Shown piece by piece: positions 18,486 to 27,889 of a stretch of 64,000 nucleotides of DNA (positions are counted from its first letter, which is position 1; each line of letters opens with the position of its first letter). This DNA comes from a virus, in the IMG/VR virus record IMGVR_UViG_3300044732_000442, positions 52,116 through 116,115 of that record; one strand, given 5' to 3'. The notes under the pieces were generated by a model that was not told the origin of the DNA, ran no database searches, and saw only the letters and a list, made by a program, of their open reading frames with translations. Position numbers and translations under genes: made by a program.

Positions 18486-19656
18486 ATTATTTTATATGGG
18501 GCTAGAACCCTACAAAGCACGTTATACTCTACAACTACAAGAATGGAATGAACGTGTCTTTAAACGTAGAGGTATTAACTATGTTATCGTTCCAGGCGAA
18601 ACATTAAGTAATGACCAAGCTATTGTGACGGGACAAGTATTAGATGCACATGGTCGTACATACTTTGGTATGTCACAACTTATGAATTTAGTTAAAATGA
18701 TGAAGGCGGGTGAGTGTAGTGATGAAGATATTGTCTATTTTGAAGATATGTTTCAACCGGGTATTGAGAGTTTGCCGTATATACTTAAGCAAGTTCCTGC
18801 TAATCTCCGTCCTCGTATATTTGTCCGTTGTCTTGCTCAGTCAATCGATCCGGATGATTTCGTACATGTATGGGGAATGAGTGAATTCATGGGTCACTAT
18901 GAAAAGATGGTTGATTCATTCGTTGATGGCGTACTAGCTACAAATGAAGAAATGATTATGCATATGAAGATTGCGGGATGGAAGGCACCATTATATAACA
19001 TTAGCGGTCTAGCATTTGGTAAAGATGAAGTGCGTGGTCGTATTGATGGTCCATTAAAACCCTTCAATCAACGTAAGATGCGTGTAGCATTTAGTGCAAG
19101 ATGGGATCAAGAAAAACAACCAGACTTCTATATGGATTTGATTGAAACATTTCATTCTAGGTCTAATACTAAGGTAGAGTTCTGCGTGTTCAGTGGTAGT
19201 AAACTGAAAAGCAATAACGAAAGTTATATGGAACGTACACGTAAACTTCAAAGTGAAGGTAAACTAGTTATCTATGAAGATTTGGAAAAGAATGATTACT
19301 ATCAACTATTAAATGATACTAGAGTATTGTTTAACTGTGCTTTGCAAGACTGGGTAAGTAATACAGTTAGTGAAGCAGATACATTGGGTTGTAATGTATT
19401 ATATCCGGCATATCGTTCATTCCCAGAAACGTTTGCTAATGATAATACACGATTATATATTCCTTGGAGTATTGATGATGCTATGTCTAAATTACAAAAT
19501 TTATTGATGGCACCACATAACTATCAAGGACGTATTAGTAAATACAATGATGGGACTATTGACCGTATCTGTGATATTATGGAAGGCAATGGAGAACAAT
19601 ATTTACGCATGACTAGTGATTATCGTAAATACACAAGAGAAACAAAATACTCATAA
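18478..19656 (+). CDS. GT-B fold glycosyltransferase
   Basis: FSARWDQEKQP and ALQDWVSNTVSEA..LGC.VLYP..RSFPE motifs. Confidence 0.75.
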   Translation: MRKLFYMGLEPYKARYTLQLQEWNERVFKRRGINYVIVPGETLSNDQAIVTGQVLDAHGRTYFGMSQLMNLVKMMKAGECSDEDIVYFEDMFQPGIESLPYILKQVPANLRPRIFVRCLAQSIDPDDFVHVWGMSEFMGHYEKMVDSFVDGVLATNEEMIMHMKIAGWKAPLYNISGLAFGKDEVRGRIDGPLKPFNQRKMRVAFSARWDQEKQPDFYMDLIETFHSRSNTKVEFCVFSGSKLKSNNESYMERTRKLQSEGKLVIYEDLEKNDYYQLLNDTRVLFNCALQDWVSNTVSEADTLGCNVLYPAYRSFPETFANDNTRLYIPWSIDDAMSKLQNLLMAPHNYQGRISKYNDGTIDRICDIMEGNGEQYLRMTSDYRKYTRETKYS

Positions 19657-19671
19657 CATAAAGGAAATAAA

Positions 19672-19866
19672 ATGAGCGCACAAAATGATATTGAAACAAG
19701 CTTGGCAGCATATAATACTGAGAATGATAAGTTTAACAAAGGTAATGCAGCCGCTGGTACACGGGCTCGTAAGGCATTAGCAGAACTAGCTAAAGCGGTT
19801 AAAGCACGCCGTAATGAAATTACAGCAGAAAAAGCCGCACGTGCAGAAGCAAAAGCTAAGGCTTAA
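19672..19866 (+). CDS. Hc1/histone H1-like small basic protein
   Basis: KGNAAAGTRARKALAELAK motif. Confidence 0.75.
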   Translation: MSAQNDIETSLAAYNTENDKFNKGNAAAGTRARKALAELAKAVKARRNEITAEKAARAEAKAKA

Positions 19867-19868
19867 CC

Positions 19869-20096
19869 ATGGCTCGCAAGAAAATTCAACTTGCAGAAGT
19901 TAGTTCATTGCCAGACTCAGTACAAAAAGGTAGTCACTTAACGGTGACTACTTATCCTGATGGCAAAACAGAATTAGAATGGGATTGGGACGCATTAGTT
20001 AATGAGGTACGTGAAGCCTGCGCTAGTGTTGAACTTGCCAATACAAAGCCGGCAGTTAAGGCTAAATCAAAAAAATCAGTTGCTAAAACAAAGTGA
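19869..20096 (+). CDS. Hypothetical protein
   Basis: ORF in the operon. Confidence 0.55.
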   Translation: MARKKIQLAEVSSLPDSVQKGSHLTVTTYPDGKTELEWDWDALVNEVREACASVELANTKPAVKAKSKKSVAKTK

Positions 20097-20127
20097 TAAA
20101 TACTTGTGTTACACAACGGTAACACAA
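20097..20127 (+). promoter_or_regulatory. Late-type TAAATA box followed by a perfect 9-bp hairpin before folE
   Basis: TAAATA at 20097-20102; TTGTGTTAC-ACAACG-GTAACACAA. Confidence 0.55.
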
Positions 20128-20162
20128 TATCAAAACAAAACCATCACAAAGGAAGGTTATCT

Positions 20163-20846
20163 ATGAGTTATAATAAAACAAAAACCGATCCAGTACTGGG
20201 TCTACAAGTACACGAACACTTAGTTAGAATGGGTGTTGAGACTCCTACAATCAAGTCTTTGGTTCCGGATCGTAAAGATAAGATTGCGGTCATTGAGCCG
20301 TTATTTGCCGAGATTATGAAAACACTTGGTTTAGATTTATCTGATGATAGTCTTATTGAAACACCTAAACGTGTTGCCAAGATGTATGTCAATGAAATAT
20401 TTTGGGGTCTCGATTATGAAGCATTCCCTAAATGTACAACAGTTGACAATAAGATGCAATACAACGAAATGGTTGTAGAGCGTAATGTTAATGTTCAATC
20501 TAACTGCGAACATCATTTTGTAGTCATTGATGGATTGGCTACAGTAGCTTATGTCCCTAAACAAAAGGTGTTAGGGCTTAGTAAGATAAACCGTATTGTA
20601 GAATATTTTAGCAAAAGACCTCAAATTCAAGAGAGGTTAACAGAGCAAATTTTTCACACCTTACAGTTCATCCTTGATACAGAAGATGTTGCAGTTATGA
20701 TTGACGCACAACACTATTGTGTAAAATCACGCGGCGTAGAAGATACAGGTAGTAGCACTGTTACTTGTCGTTTAGGTGGTGGTTTCAAAACTGATCCATC
20801 AGCACGACAAGAGTTCTTACAAATTGCTAACAAAGGTTGCAAATAA
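20163..20846 (+). CDS. folE: GTP cyclohydrolase I
   Basis: [34 protein letters not shown] and HYCVKSRGV motifs. Confidence 0.97.
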   Translation: MSYNKTKTDPVLGLQVHEHLVRMGVETPTIKSLVPDRKDKIAVIEPLFAEIMKTLGLDLSDDSLIETPKRVAKMYVNEIFWGLDYEAFPKCTTVDNKMQYNEMVVERNVNVQSNCEHHFVVIDGLATVAYVPKQKVLGLSKINRIVEYFSKRPQIQERLTEQIFHTLQFILDTEDVAVMIDAQHYCVKSRGVEDTGSSTVTCRLGGGFKTDPSARQEFLQIANKGCK

Positions 20847-21082
20847 TGGGCTTTCGTAAACAAATGGACTATAACAGTGTTCATCATCAAATCTATATGA
20901 GTGGTGTAGAACTACATAGTAACTATAATGACGGATTTAATCAATTTGAAATCAAAAAAGACTTACATCGGATCAAATGGCTATTGGATGAGATTATAGC
21001 CGATAGTCCTACATTTGCCGGTGAAGATGAATTCTTAAAAGAACACGAACAAACTAAGATGTGGAGAACTCTTTCAAAATGA
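20846..21082 (+). CDS. Hypothetical protein
   Basis: ORF coupled to folE. Confidence 0.55.
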   Translation: MGFRKQMDYNSVHHQIYMSGVELHSNYNDGFNQFEIKKDLHRIKWLLDEIIADSPTFAGEDEFLKEHEQTKMWRTLSK

Positions 21083-21552
21083 TTTTCAATCACATTAAAG
21101 AACTAAAAGCACAAGGTAAAAAGATTGGTATCACTTTCAGTACATTTGACTTGCTACATGCAGGGCATGTTGCTATGTTAAGTGAAGCTAAGAATCATTG
21201 TGACTATTTGATTTGTGGGTTGCAAACTGATCCTACTATTGATAGACCTGACACTAAGAATAAACCCATTCAAAGTATTGTAGAGCGACAGATTCAACTT
21301 GCGGCTTGTCGTTATGTTGATGAAGTTGTTGTCTATCAAACTGAACAGGACCTTATTGACCTATTACTTATTCTACCATTAGATGTTCGCATTTTGGGTG
21401 TAGAGTATGCAGATAAAGAGTTTACTGGAAGATGGGAGGGCGGTGAGCGTGGCATTGAACTTGTGTTCAATGGTCGTGACCATAGTTTCAGTAGCAGTAG
21501 TTTACGTAAACGGGTAGCTGATGCCCAAATCATTAACACTCTTAATAAATAA
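21079..21552 (+). CDS. Glycerol-3-phosphate cytidylyltransferase-like (TagD-like)
   Basis: STFDLLHAGH, GLQTDP, RYVDEV and RDHSFSSSSLR motifs. Confidence 0.85.
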   Translation: MIFNHIKELKAQGKKIGITFSTFDLLHAGHVAMLSEAKNHCDYLICGLQTDPTIDRPDTKNKPIQSIVERQIQLAACRYVDEVVVYQTEQDLIDLLLILPLDVRILGVEYADKEFTGRWEGGERGIELVFNGRDHSFSSSSLRKRVADAQIINTLNK

Positions 21553-21556
21553 GATA

Positions 21557-21621
21557 ACCGGTCTCTTTGGGCTCATCCCGGTATACAAACTCTGCGTCCT
21601 ATGCTATAATATAACATAGGA
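21557..21621 (+). promoter_or_regulatory. preQ1-I-like riboswitch candidate with SD-sequestering hairpin before queD
   Basis: ACCGG/CCGGT stem, loop ending CATC, A-rich tail ATACAAACTC; TCCTATG/CATAGGA hairpin covers AGGA of the SD. Confidence 0.45.
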
Positions 21622-21628
21622 GAACACA

Positions 21629-22111
21629 ATGGCAAACAAAAAATTCTTTTCAACAAAAACATACAGACAAATAGGTCCTGTCGCATATCGTCAATGGCGT
21701 GCTGACAGTCATTGTAACTTAATTCATGGCTATGCTATGAGTTTTCACTTTGAATTTGAAGCAGATACATTAGATGCCCGTAACTGGGTAACTGACTTCG
21801 GTGGATTACGACCACTTAAAGATAAACTAGAAGAATGGTTTGACCATACATTATTAGTCGCACAAGATGACCCAATGCGTGAACATCTATTAGAACTAGG
21901 TCGTTTAAAACTAGCAAAGATTACAGAAGTAGAACGTACTGGTTGTGAGGGTATTGCTGACTTCTTATATGAATACATTAACACAATCTTTTTACCTAAC
22001 TGCGGTAGTGAAGAAGCAAAACGTGTATGGTGCTGTAGAGTAGAGGTCCGTGAGACTGATAGTAACATGGCAGGACGAGGTGGTCACAGGGAAGACGGAG
22101 AGTTTGCATAA
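21629..22111 (+). CDS. queD: 6-carboxy-5,6,7,8-tetrahydropterin synthase
   Basis: HCNLIHGY, WVTDFG, FDHTLL, GCEG and VRET motifs. Confidence 0.9.
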   Translation: MANKKFFSTKTYRQIGPVAYRQWRADSHCNLIHGYAMSFHFEFEADTLDARNWVTDFGGLRPLKDKLEEWFDHTLLVAQDDPMREHLLELGRLKLAKITEVERTGCEGIADFLYEYINTIFLPNCGSEEAKRVWCCRVEVRETDSNMAGRGGHREDGEFA

Positions 22112-22959
22112 TGGCACAACTAAAAATTTCAGAACTATTCTATAGTATACAAGGAGAAGGCCGATATATGGGAGTTCCCTCCGTGTTCCTAAGAACATTT
22201 GGTTGTAACTTTACATGTGCAGGCTTTGGCATGCCTAAAGGTGAAGTAAGTAAAGAAGTAGAAGATATTGCCGCAAGGGTTCACTATTATGATGATTATA
22301 AAAAACTACCGTTGGTCAGTACAGGGTGTGACAGTTATGCTTCATGGGATCCTAGGTTTAAGCATCTTAGTCCTGTTCGCCCCACCGATGATATTGTTGA
22401 CGACATTATGGCTATGCTTCCTCACAATCGCTGGATGGATGAGCACCTTGTCATCACTGGCGGTGAACCTCTTCTTGGATGGCAAAGAGCGTATCCAGAA
22501 CTGCTTTCAAACGAGAAGATGAGGTCATTGAAAGAGATTACATTTGAAACTAATGGTACACAAGAACTAAGTCAAGACCTCTCTATCTATCTACAACAAT
22601 GGAAGATTAACAGAGAAAAGAATGCACTTACATTTAGTGTTAGCCCTAAACTAAGTATCAGTGGTGAGAAGTGGGAAGAAGCAATTTGTCCTAGTATTAT
22701 TCGTCAATATGAAAGTATTGGCTTTGTATATTTAAAGTTTGTTATCGCTACTAAAGAAGATGCATTAGAAGCTGATAAGGCAGTACAAGAGTTTCGTAAT
22801 GGTGGATTTAGAGGCCCTGTATACTTTATGCCATGTGGTGGTGTAGAAAGTATCTATAGTTTGAATGCTAAGAATGTTGCTATTGAAGCAATGAATCGTG
22901 GTTATCGTTATAGTGATAGACTTCAAGTCCCACTGTTTAAAAACGAGTGGGGCACATAA
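22111..22959 (+). CDS. queE: 7-carboxy-7-deazaguanine synthase (radical SAM)
   Basis: ELFYSIQGEG, FLRTFGCNFTC...CDS, ITGGEP, ETNGT and SVSPKL motifs. Confidence 0.95.
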   Translation: MAQLKISELFYSIQGEGRYMGVPSVFLRTFGCNFTCAGFGMPKGEVSKEVEDIAARVHYYDDYKKLPLVSTGCDSYASWDPRFKHLSPVRPTDDIVDDIMAMLPHNRWMDEHLVITGGEPLLGWQRAYPELLSNEKMRSLKEITFETNGTQELSQDLSIYLQQWKINREKNALTFSVSPKLSISGEKWEEAICPSIIRQYESIGFVYLKFVIATKEDALEADKAVQEFRNGGFRGPVYFMPCGGVESIYSLNAKNVAIEAMNRGYRYSDRLQVPLFKNEWGT

Positions 22960-22971
22960 AATAGTCTCTAC

Positions 22972-23205
22972 ATGTTAGATTATCCAATAGATGATGATGT
23001 ATTTTACAACAATGCATTAATGAGAGGTCTAGGATCAACTCTTAAGTTTGCATGGTTGCCTAAAAGATGTGTGTTAACCGGTAAGTTGATTTGGTTAACA
23101 TATGGTTATAGGGTTACAGCAATGTGGTCAGGGCCAGGTGAGTCCATATTTGAACACAAATGGCATTCTAAGAATGCCCACATTATGTGGTTATTAAAAA
23201 GGTAA
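22972..23205 (+). CDS. Hypothetical protein
   Basis: ORF with FAWLPKRC..TGK.IWL. Confidence 0.5.
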   Translation: MLDYPIDDDVFYNNALMRGLGSTLKFAWLPKRCVLTGKLIWLTYGYRVTAMWSGPGESIFEHKWHSKNAHIMWLLKR

Positions 23206-23209
23206 ATAT

Positions 23210-23383
23210 ATGTATGAATTAAGATATCTTGTCCGAAACGGTTATGACGGACCAGAAAAAGTGTTACAATATAGAACACAAAGTGAAGTAACTGATTATA
23301 GTACAACTACCCTTAACGGCAGTTTTACTAAAAAGCGTGAGTGGACTGAATGGCAAGATGTACCTACTGTAAAAGATAAATGA
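23210..23383 (+). CDS. Small hypothetical protein (57 aa; not in the ORF track)
   Basis: MYELRYLVRN...VLQYR...EWQDVPTVKDK; stop overlaps the next ATG (ATGA). Confidence 0.55.
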   Translation: MYELRYLVRNGYDGPEKVLQYRTQSEVTDYSTTTLNGSFTKKREWTEWQDVPTVKDK

Positions 23384-24717
23384 GAACATACGATAAACGA
23401 ATTGGCTTCTTAGTAAGCTATCAAACATTAATACCACATGGTGGGATAGGGCAATTTACAAAAAGCTTCTGTGAACTAATGGACCAACATAATATTAAAG
23501 TTGATATCATTACCGATAAAGAACCACAAGATACTGAGTTTGTTAAATCTATCAAAGCAAATGTTATTGCCCCATTAGAATCACTAAAATATACTGACCA
23601 CAGCAATATCTTTATGTATGGGGATACATTCTGTTATGAACGAATGGCTAATTTCCGTACAGCAATTGTAGAAGCACTGGAACATAATTTGTATGATGTA
23701 CTGATATGCAACACATATGAAACTGTGCAGGTAGCTAGTACTATGGGACTTGAAGATGTGATTCAAATCATTGCATATACTCATTTAGAAAGTCAGATAT
23801 TCACAGACACCAAGAATCCCTTCTTGTCTAACACTAATGTAGCAATGCGTCACCAATTAAGCTTAACGAATATTGATGTGGGTACACAGAGTAAATTCAA
23901 TCAAGTACATTTAGATGAATCTTCATATCACTTGCCTATTCCTATTACAGAACGTGGATTACTGGAAGAACATCATAAGACACGTGAAGGTATATTGTTT
24001 GTTGGACGATGGGAAGAAGGTAAGAATCCTGAGTTGTTCTTAGACTTGATTGAACAAACAAACCTTCCAGCAAAAGTAATGACTAGTGCAAATGGTGCAA
24101 AGAAGTTTGAAGATAGACTACAGAAGATAGGTGTACCTTACGAAATTCGTGTAGGTATCATTGGTCAAGAGAAAGTTAACTTTATGACAAGTGCTAGAAT
24201 TGCATTCAATCCTAGTATTGTTGAGAGTTATGGTATGGCATTCTATGAACAACATATTCAAATGCCTACATTAGTGTTAGAACATCAACGTTGGACTAAT
24301 AACTTTAACAAAGATTTCTTTTATACTTGTACTAAAAAAGACATGGCAAGTAAAGCAAAAGAATTGTACGATATTTTTGAAAAAGCAGAAAGATGGTATA
24401 ACTTGGGAGCATTGCAACATGCACAAGAACAAGAAGCTACTGTCTTTCATAAATGGAACAACTGTTTTAATGATTTTGAACCTAGAAAATCTAACAGTAA
24501 TACAGCAAAAATATGCAATGAGACTACAATTAAACACGTTGATTTTATCAGTGATTTGAACCGTAGTATTATTTGTATTGATGATGTACGTAGTGTTTTA
24601 ACCAATAAACATAAATTTAGGGTTATCTATACAGATGACGATACATACTTAACAAAAGATCCAAACTTTGAACCAATAGAAGAAGCAGAAGGTCTATCAT
24701 TATTTGAGGGTTTATGA
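23380..24717 (+). CDS. GT-B (GT4-like) glycosyltransferase
   Basis: PHGGIGQF, LFVGRWEEGKNP and PSIVESYGMAFYE motifs. Confidence 0.8.
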   Translation: MRTYDKRIGFLVSYQTLIPHGGIGQFTKSFCELMDQHNIKVDIITDKEPQDTEFVKSIKANVIAPLESLKYTDHSNIFMYGDTFCYERMANFRTAIVEALEHNLYDVLICNTYETVQVASTMGLEDVIQIIAYTHLESQIFTDTKNPFLSNTNVAMRHQLSLTNIDVGTQSKFNQVHLDESSYHLPIPITERGLLEEHHKTREGILFVGRWEEGKNPELFLDLIEQTNLPAKVMTSANGAKKFEDRLQKIGVPYEIRVGIIGQEKVNFMTSARIAFNPSIVESYGMAFYEQHIQMPTLVLEHQRWTNNFNKDFFYTCTKKDMASKAKELYDIFEKAERWYNLGALQHAQEQEATVFHKWNNCFNDFEPRKSNSNTAKICNETTIKHVDFISDLNRSIICIDDVRSVLTNKHKFRVIYTDDDTYLTKDPNFEPIEEAEGLSLFEGL

Positions 24718-25547
24718 AAAAGATTTTAATTACAGGATGCTCAGGATACATTGGCAGTCATCTATGCAAAATGCTTGAGAATGAATATGAAGTTCATGGC
24801 TTAGATATTGATGAACCACAAGCGCCATTGAATGAGTTTTATCGTTGCGATATCAATAGACAATTTGCTATTCCGGGTGATATTGAATATGATTGTGTAA
24901 TCCATTTAGCGGCATTAGTTCGTGTAGGTGAAAGCGAGCAGATGCCTATCAAATACTATATCACTAACTTGAATGGTACAATGAATGTAGTTAACAAGAT
25001 AAAGACAAAGAACTTTATCTTTGCTAGTACAGGTGCCGCACAAGATTGTGCTAGTGCTTATGGTATCAGCAAACGTGCCGCAGAAGATGTGGTCAGAGAA
25101 TATTGTACAACCCATCGTCAAACACCATATACAATCTTTAGATTTTATAATGTTATTGGAAGCACCGTCGTGGCTCCCACTAACCCCGATGGGTTAATGT
25201 ACAATTTAATTAAAGCTAAAGAGTCGGGTGAGTTTACTATTTACGGTAATGATTATGATGTGTCCGTTATTGATGGTACATGTATACGTGATTATGTACA
25301 TGTTAATGAGATATGTGATGCATTGATGCAAGCAATTGAAAAGCCTAGCAATAGCTTTGAATGCTTAGGACATGGTGTAGGATATACTGTACAGGAGATT
25401 GTTGATTTATTTCAAAAAGTCAATGAGTGTAGTTTTGATGTAAAATACGGCCCAAGGAGAAAGGGTGATTTACCTAGTTCTGTACTAGCTAATGTATCAC
25501 CCTATATGCGTAATCTATACACTATGGAAGATTTATTGAAGGTTTAG
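24714..25547 (+). CDS. NAD-dependent NDP-sugar epimerase/dehydratase (GalE-like)
   Basis: ITGCSGYIGSH, HLAA, YGISK, RFYNV and DGTCIRDYVHV motifs. Confidence 0.9.
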   Translation: MKKILITGCSGYIGSHLCKMLENEYEVHGLDIDEPQAPLNEFYRCDINRQFAIPGDIEYDCVIHLAALVRVGESEQMPIKYYITNLNGTMNVVNKIKTKNFIFASTGAAQDCASAYGISKRAAEDVVREYCTTHRQTPYTIFRFYNVIGSTVVAPTNPDGLMYNLIKAKESGEFTIYGNDYDVSVIDGTCIRDYVHVNEICDALMQAIEKPSNSFECLGHGVGYTVQEIVDLFQKVNECSFDVKYGPRRKGDLPSSVLANVSPYMRNLYTMEDLLKV

Positions 25548-26917
25548 TGTTTCAATAATAATGTAGACAATACATCTTGTCTATTAGCACTGATATCACC
25601 CTCACCTGGTGCAATGATAACATTCCATTTCTTAATGTTATTCTTTTGTGGAGTAGCCATCATCTCATTATAATCAATGATACTATCACGTTTTAAATTA
25701 TATTGATTTGCCAATCTGTCTTTTAATTCTTCTAATGCGGCTGCGTCTTTTGGTTGCCAAGCACCATCAGCGGTCTTATCTAACTTACCATCCTTATCCT
25801 TCTTCAATAAGTCATAGAATAACTTACTTGGAACAATACGACTATTCTTAGTTACATCTAGTTGTGGATCTTGTTGTTTAACTTGTTTCTCTTGACTAGT
25901 ACTTGCACCCTCACTCCAATTAACAATAAAGTTACTTGGCTTTTGACCTAAGGCTGCATCCGCTATTTTTGTATAAGCATAGAACTTAACATCAGGATGT
26001 GATGCCGCTAATTTGAATGCCAAATCCATATATTCTGGACTAAAGAAATCACCAGCATCATGCCAACGAATAGTTAGATTGTAACCACCCTTTTGTGCTA
26101 GCTTTTCTTCTTTTGTGATTTCTGCACTTAGTTGATTAAAGAATCCATCTGGATCATTCAATAAGAAAGTAAGAATTCTTCCGTCACTTAACCAAGGACC
26201 TTCAAACTGAACCTTACCACCCTTCATAGCGAAACAATCTACTTTACATGATCCAGCACCCGGACATGTATTAACTACTATGAGTTCGTTTGTACCTTCA
26301 TCTAATGCTATACCGACTAGTGCGGCAAAACCAATGTTATAGAATTGTTCTAGTTCACCATTAGAATGTTTCATCTTCTCATTTTGTTTAAGAAGTTTCT
26401 TTGGGCGAACACCTAATGCTGTTTTGATTTGGTCTGTATCGTAGCGTTTACCTTCTTCATTGTAGTATTTGACTACACTTGAGCGATGGATGTAAGGAAG
26501 TTTATATTTGTCTGTTTTACCCTTTTCACGATTACGAATTCTATCTAAGTAATCATCTAGTTCTTGGCCTTTTAGTTCACGTGTTTGTGCTGGTAGTTTT
26601 GTTGCTTCTGCTACAGGTTGTTGTTTAGTAGCAGGTTCCATTGTAGCACGAATCTTGCCGATAGCTTGACCTATACCAGCGGCTCTTTTTTCAGCCTTTT
26701 TAAATTGATTTTTAGGATCTTGTTTAAGTCTATCTCTAGCATCTGTATTAGATTTTCTAACATAGCTTGCTAATGTTTGAGGAGACAATTCATCTAATTG
26801 TTCATCGGGCAAATCATCAGATTGAGCCAGAAACTGATCCATGCTCATAACTTTGATGCCACCTACAGCACCCGGTAATTTGGGTGTTGCACCCTCAAAT
26901 AGTTCTACAAAATTCAT
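25544..26917 (-). CDS. Modular protein with a Gp88-like (atypical Cys-cluster) domain
   Basis: TCPGAGSCKVDCFA, IRWHDAGDFFS and FYAYTK; N-terminus MNFVELFE; EQLDE and VAE linkers. Confidence 0.6.
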   Translation of the reverse strand: MNFVELFEGATPKLPGAVGGIKVMSMDQFLAQSDDLPDEQLDELSPQTLASYVRKSNTDARDRLKQDPKNQFKKAEKRAAGIGQAIGKIRATMEPATKQQPVAEATKLPAQTRELKGQELDDYLDRIRNREKGKTDKYKLPYIHRSSVVKYYNEEGKRYDTDQIKTALGVRPKKLLKQNEKMKHSNGELEQFYNIGFAALVGIALDEGTNELIVVNTCPGAGSCKVDCFAMKGGKVQFEGPWLSDGRILTFLLNDPDGFFNQLSAEITKEEKLAQKGGYNLTIRWHDAGDFFSPEYMDLAFKLAASHPDVKFYAYTKIADAALGQKPSNFIVNWSEGASTSQEKQVKQQDPQLDVTKNSRIVPSKLFYDLLKKDKDGKLDKTADGAWQPKDAAALEELKDRLANQYNLKRDSIIDYNEMMATPQKNNIKKWNVIIAPGEGDISANRQDVLSTLLLKH

Positions 26918-27810
26918 TTCTTAAGATTCCTAATATATTGTTCAGCTAGCATTACTAATTCTTCCATTTGCTCTACACTCTCGCAATTCCATCTACGTAG
27001 TGCTAATGCTTTAGGGGTAGGTTTACCATTAGGCTTTTTCATAGGACCTTTGTTACCACTCATACGAGCACAAAAACTCTTGCGGCGTTTGGCAGCTTTT
27101 GATCCAGGCTTTAATTTACTAGGTTTGGTAGTAACTGCTGTTTGCAATTTGCTGCCTGGATTTTCCCTACGATATGCTTTCACTGCTTTACGGCTCATGC
27201 CGGACGTTTTGTCTTTCTTATTGACTTTGTTCCAGTCTTCATCGATACCTTGCTGAGGTGTTGTACCATAATGGCTCATATTATCATAGGTTGACCTACC
27301 TAAATGTGTGTTGATTAAAAACATCTGAGCATCCTTAAGACTCTTATGATTCATTTGTTTTATAAAATTACCATCTTTTCTTCTAGTTGTAAAGGGAGGT
27401 TGACCTGTCCTACTATATATATGTCCTATTTTTTGACCATCGTATATAAATTCATATTCTTTCCATGGATCTTTTGCTTCATTCATACCCTGTTGACCTA
27501 GTGGAATATTAGCAATATCATTTACAGTAATATTAACTAAATTAGTTGTTCCATTTGCTATACGGGCAAAGTGTCCCTGATTGTGTAAATTCATCATTGC
27601 GTAATAAAGATAGTTTGGGTCAATAACATCAGTTTTTACAACTTTAATGCCAATCCTTGATGGATCAAATTCTTTGAGAGGCTTACCCACAGTCTTATCA
27701 CTACCCTTACGCACTAACCAAAAGTCAGCGTCTGGCATATTAGTAGCAATTTTTGCTATGTCTTTTAGTCTGGTTCCTGAACTCTCTGATATAATTTCGG
27801 TAAATCTCAT
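26914..27810 (-). CDS. Modular protein: HsdS-TRD-like module plus a basic RRKSFCARM module
   Basis: MRFTEIISE; LKDIAKI...DPNYLYY...NGTTNLVNIT..DIANIPL; QQGMNE and QQGIDE linkers; RRKSFCARMSG...ALRRWNC. Confidence 0.55.
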   Translation of the reverse strand: MRFTEIISESSGTRLKDIAKIATNMPDADFWLVRKGSDKTVGKPLKEFDPSRIGIKVVKTDVIDPNYLYYAMMNLHNQGHFARIANGTTNLVNITVNDIANIPLGQQGMNEAKDPWKEYEFIYDGQKIGHIYSRTGQPPFTTRRKDGNFIKQMNHKSLKDAQMFLINTHLGRSTYDNMSHYGTTPQQGIDEDWNKVNKKDKTSGMSRKAVKAYRRENPGSKLQTAVTTKPSKLKPGSKAAKRRKSFCARMSGNKGPMKKPNGKPTPKALALRRWNCESVEQMEELVMLAEQYIRNLKK

Positions 27811-27889
27811 TTTGTTATCCGTAAATAGTTGACTTTATTGTGTAAATATGTTACACTACATCTATTATTTATCACTTTGGACTATTACT

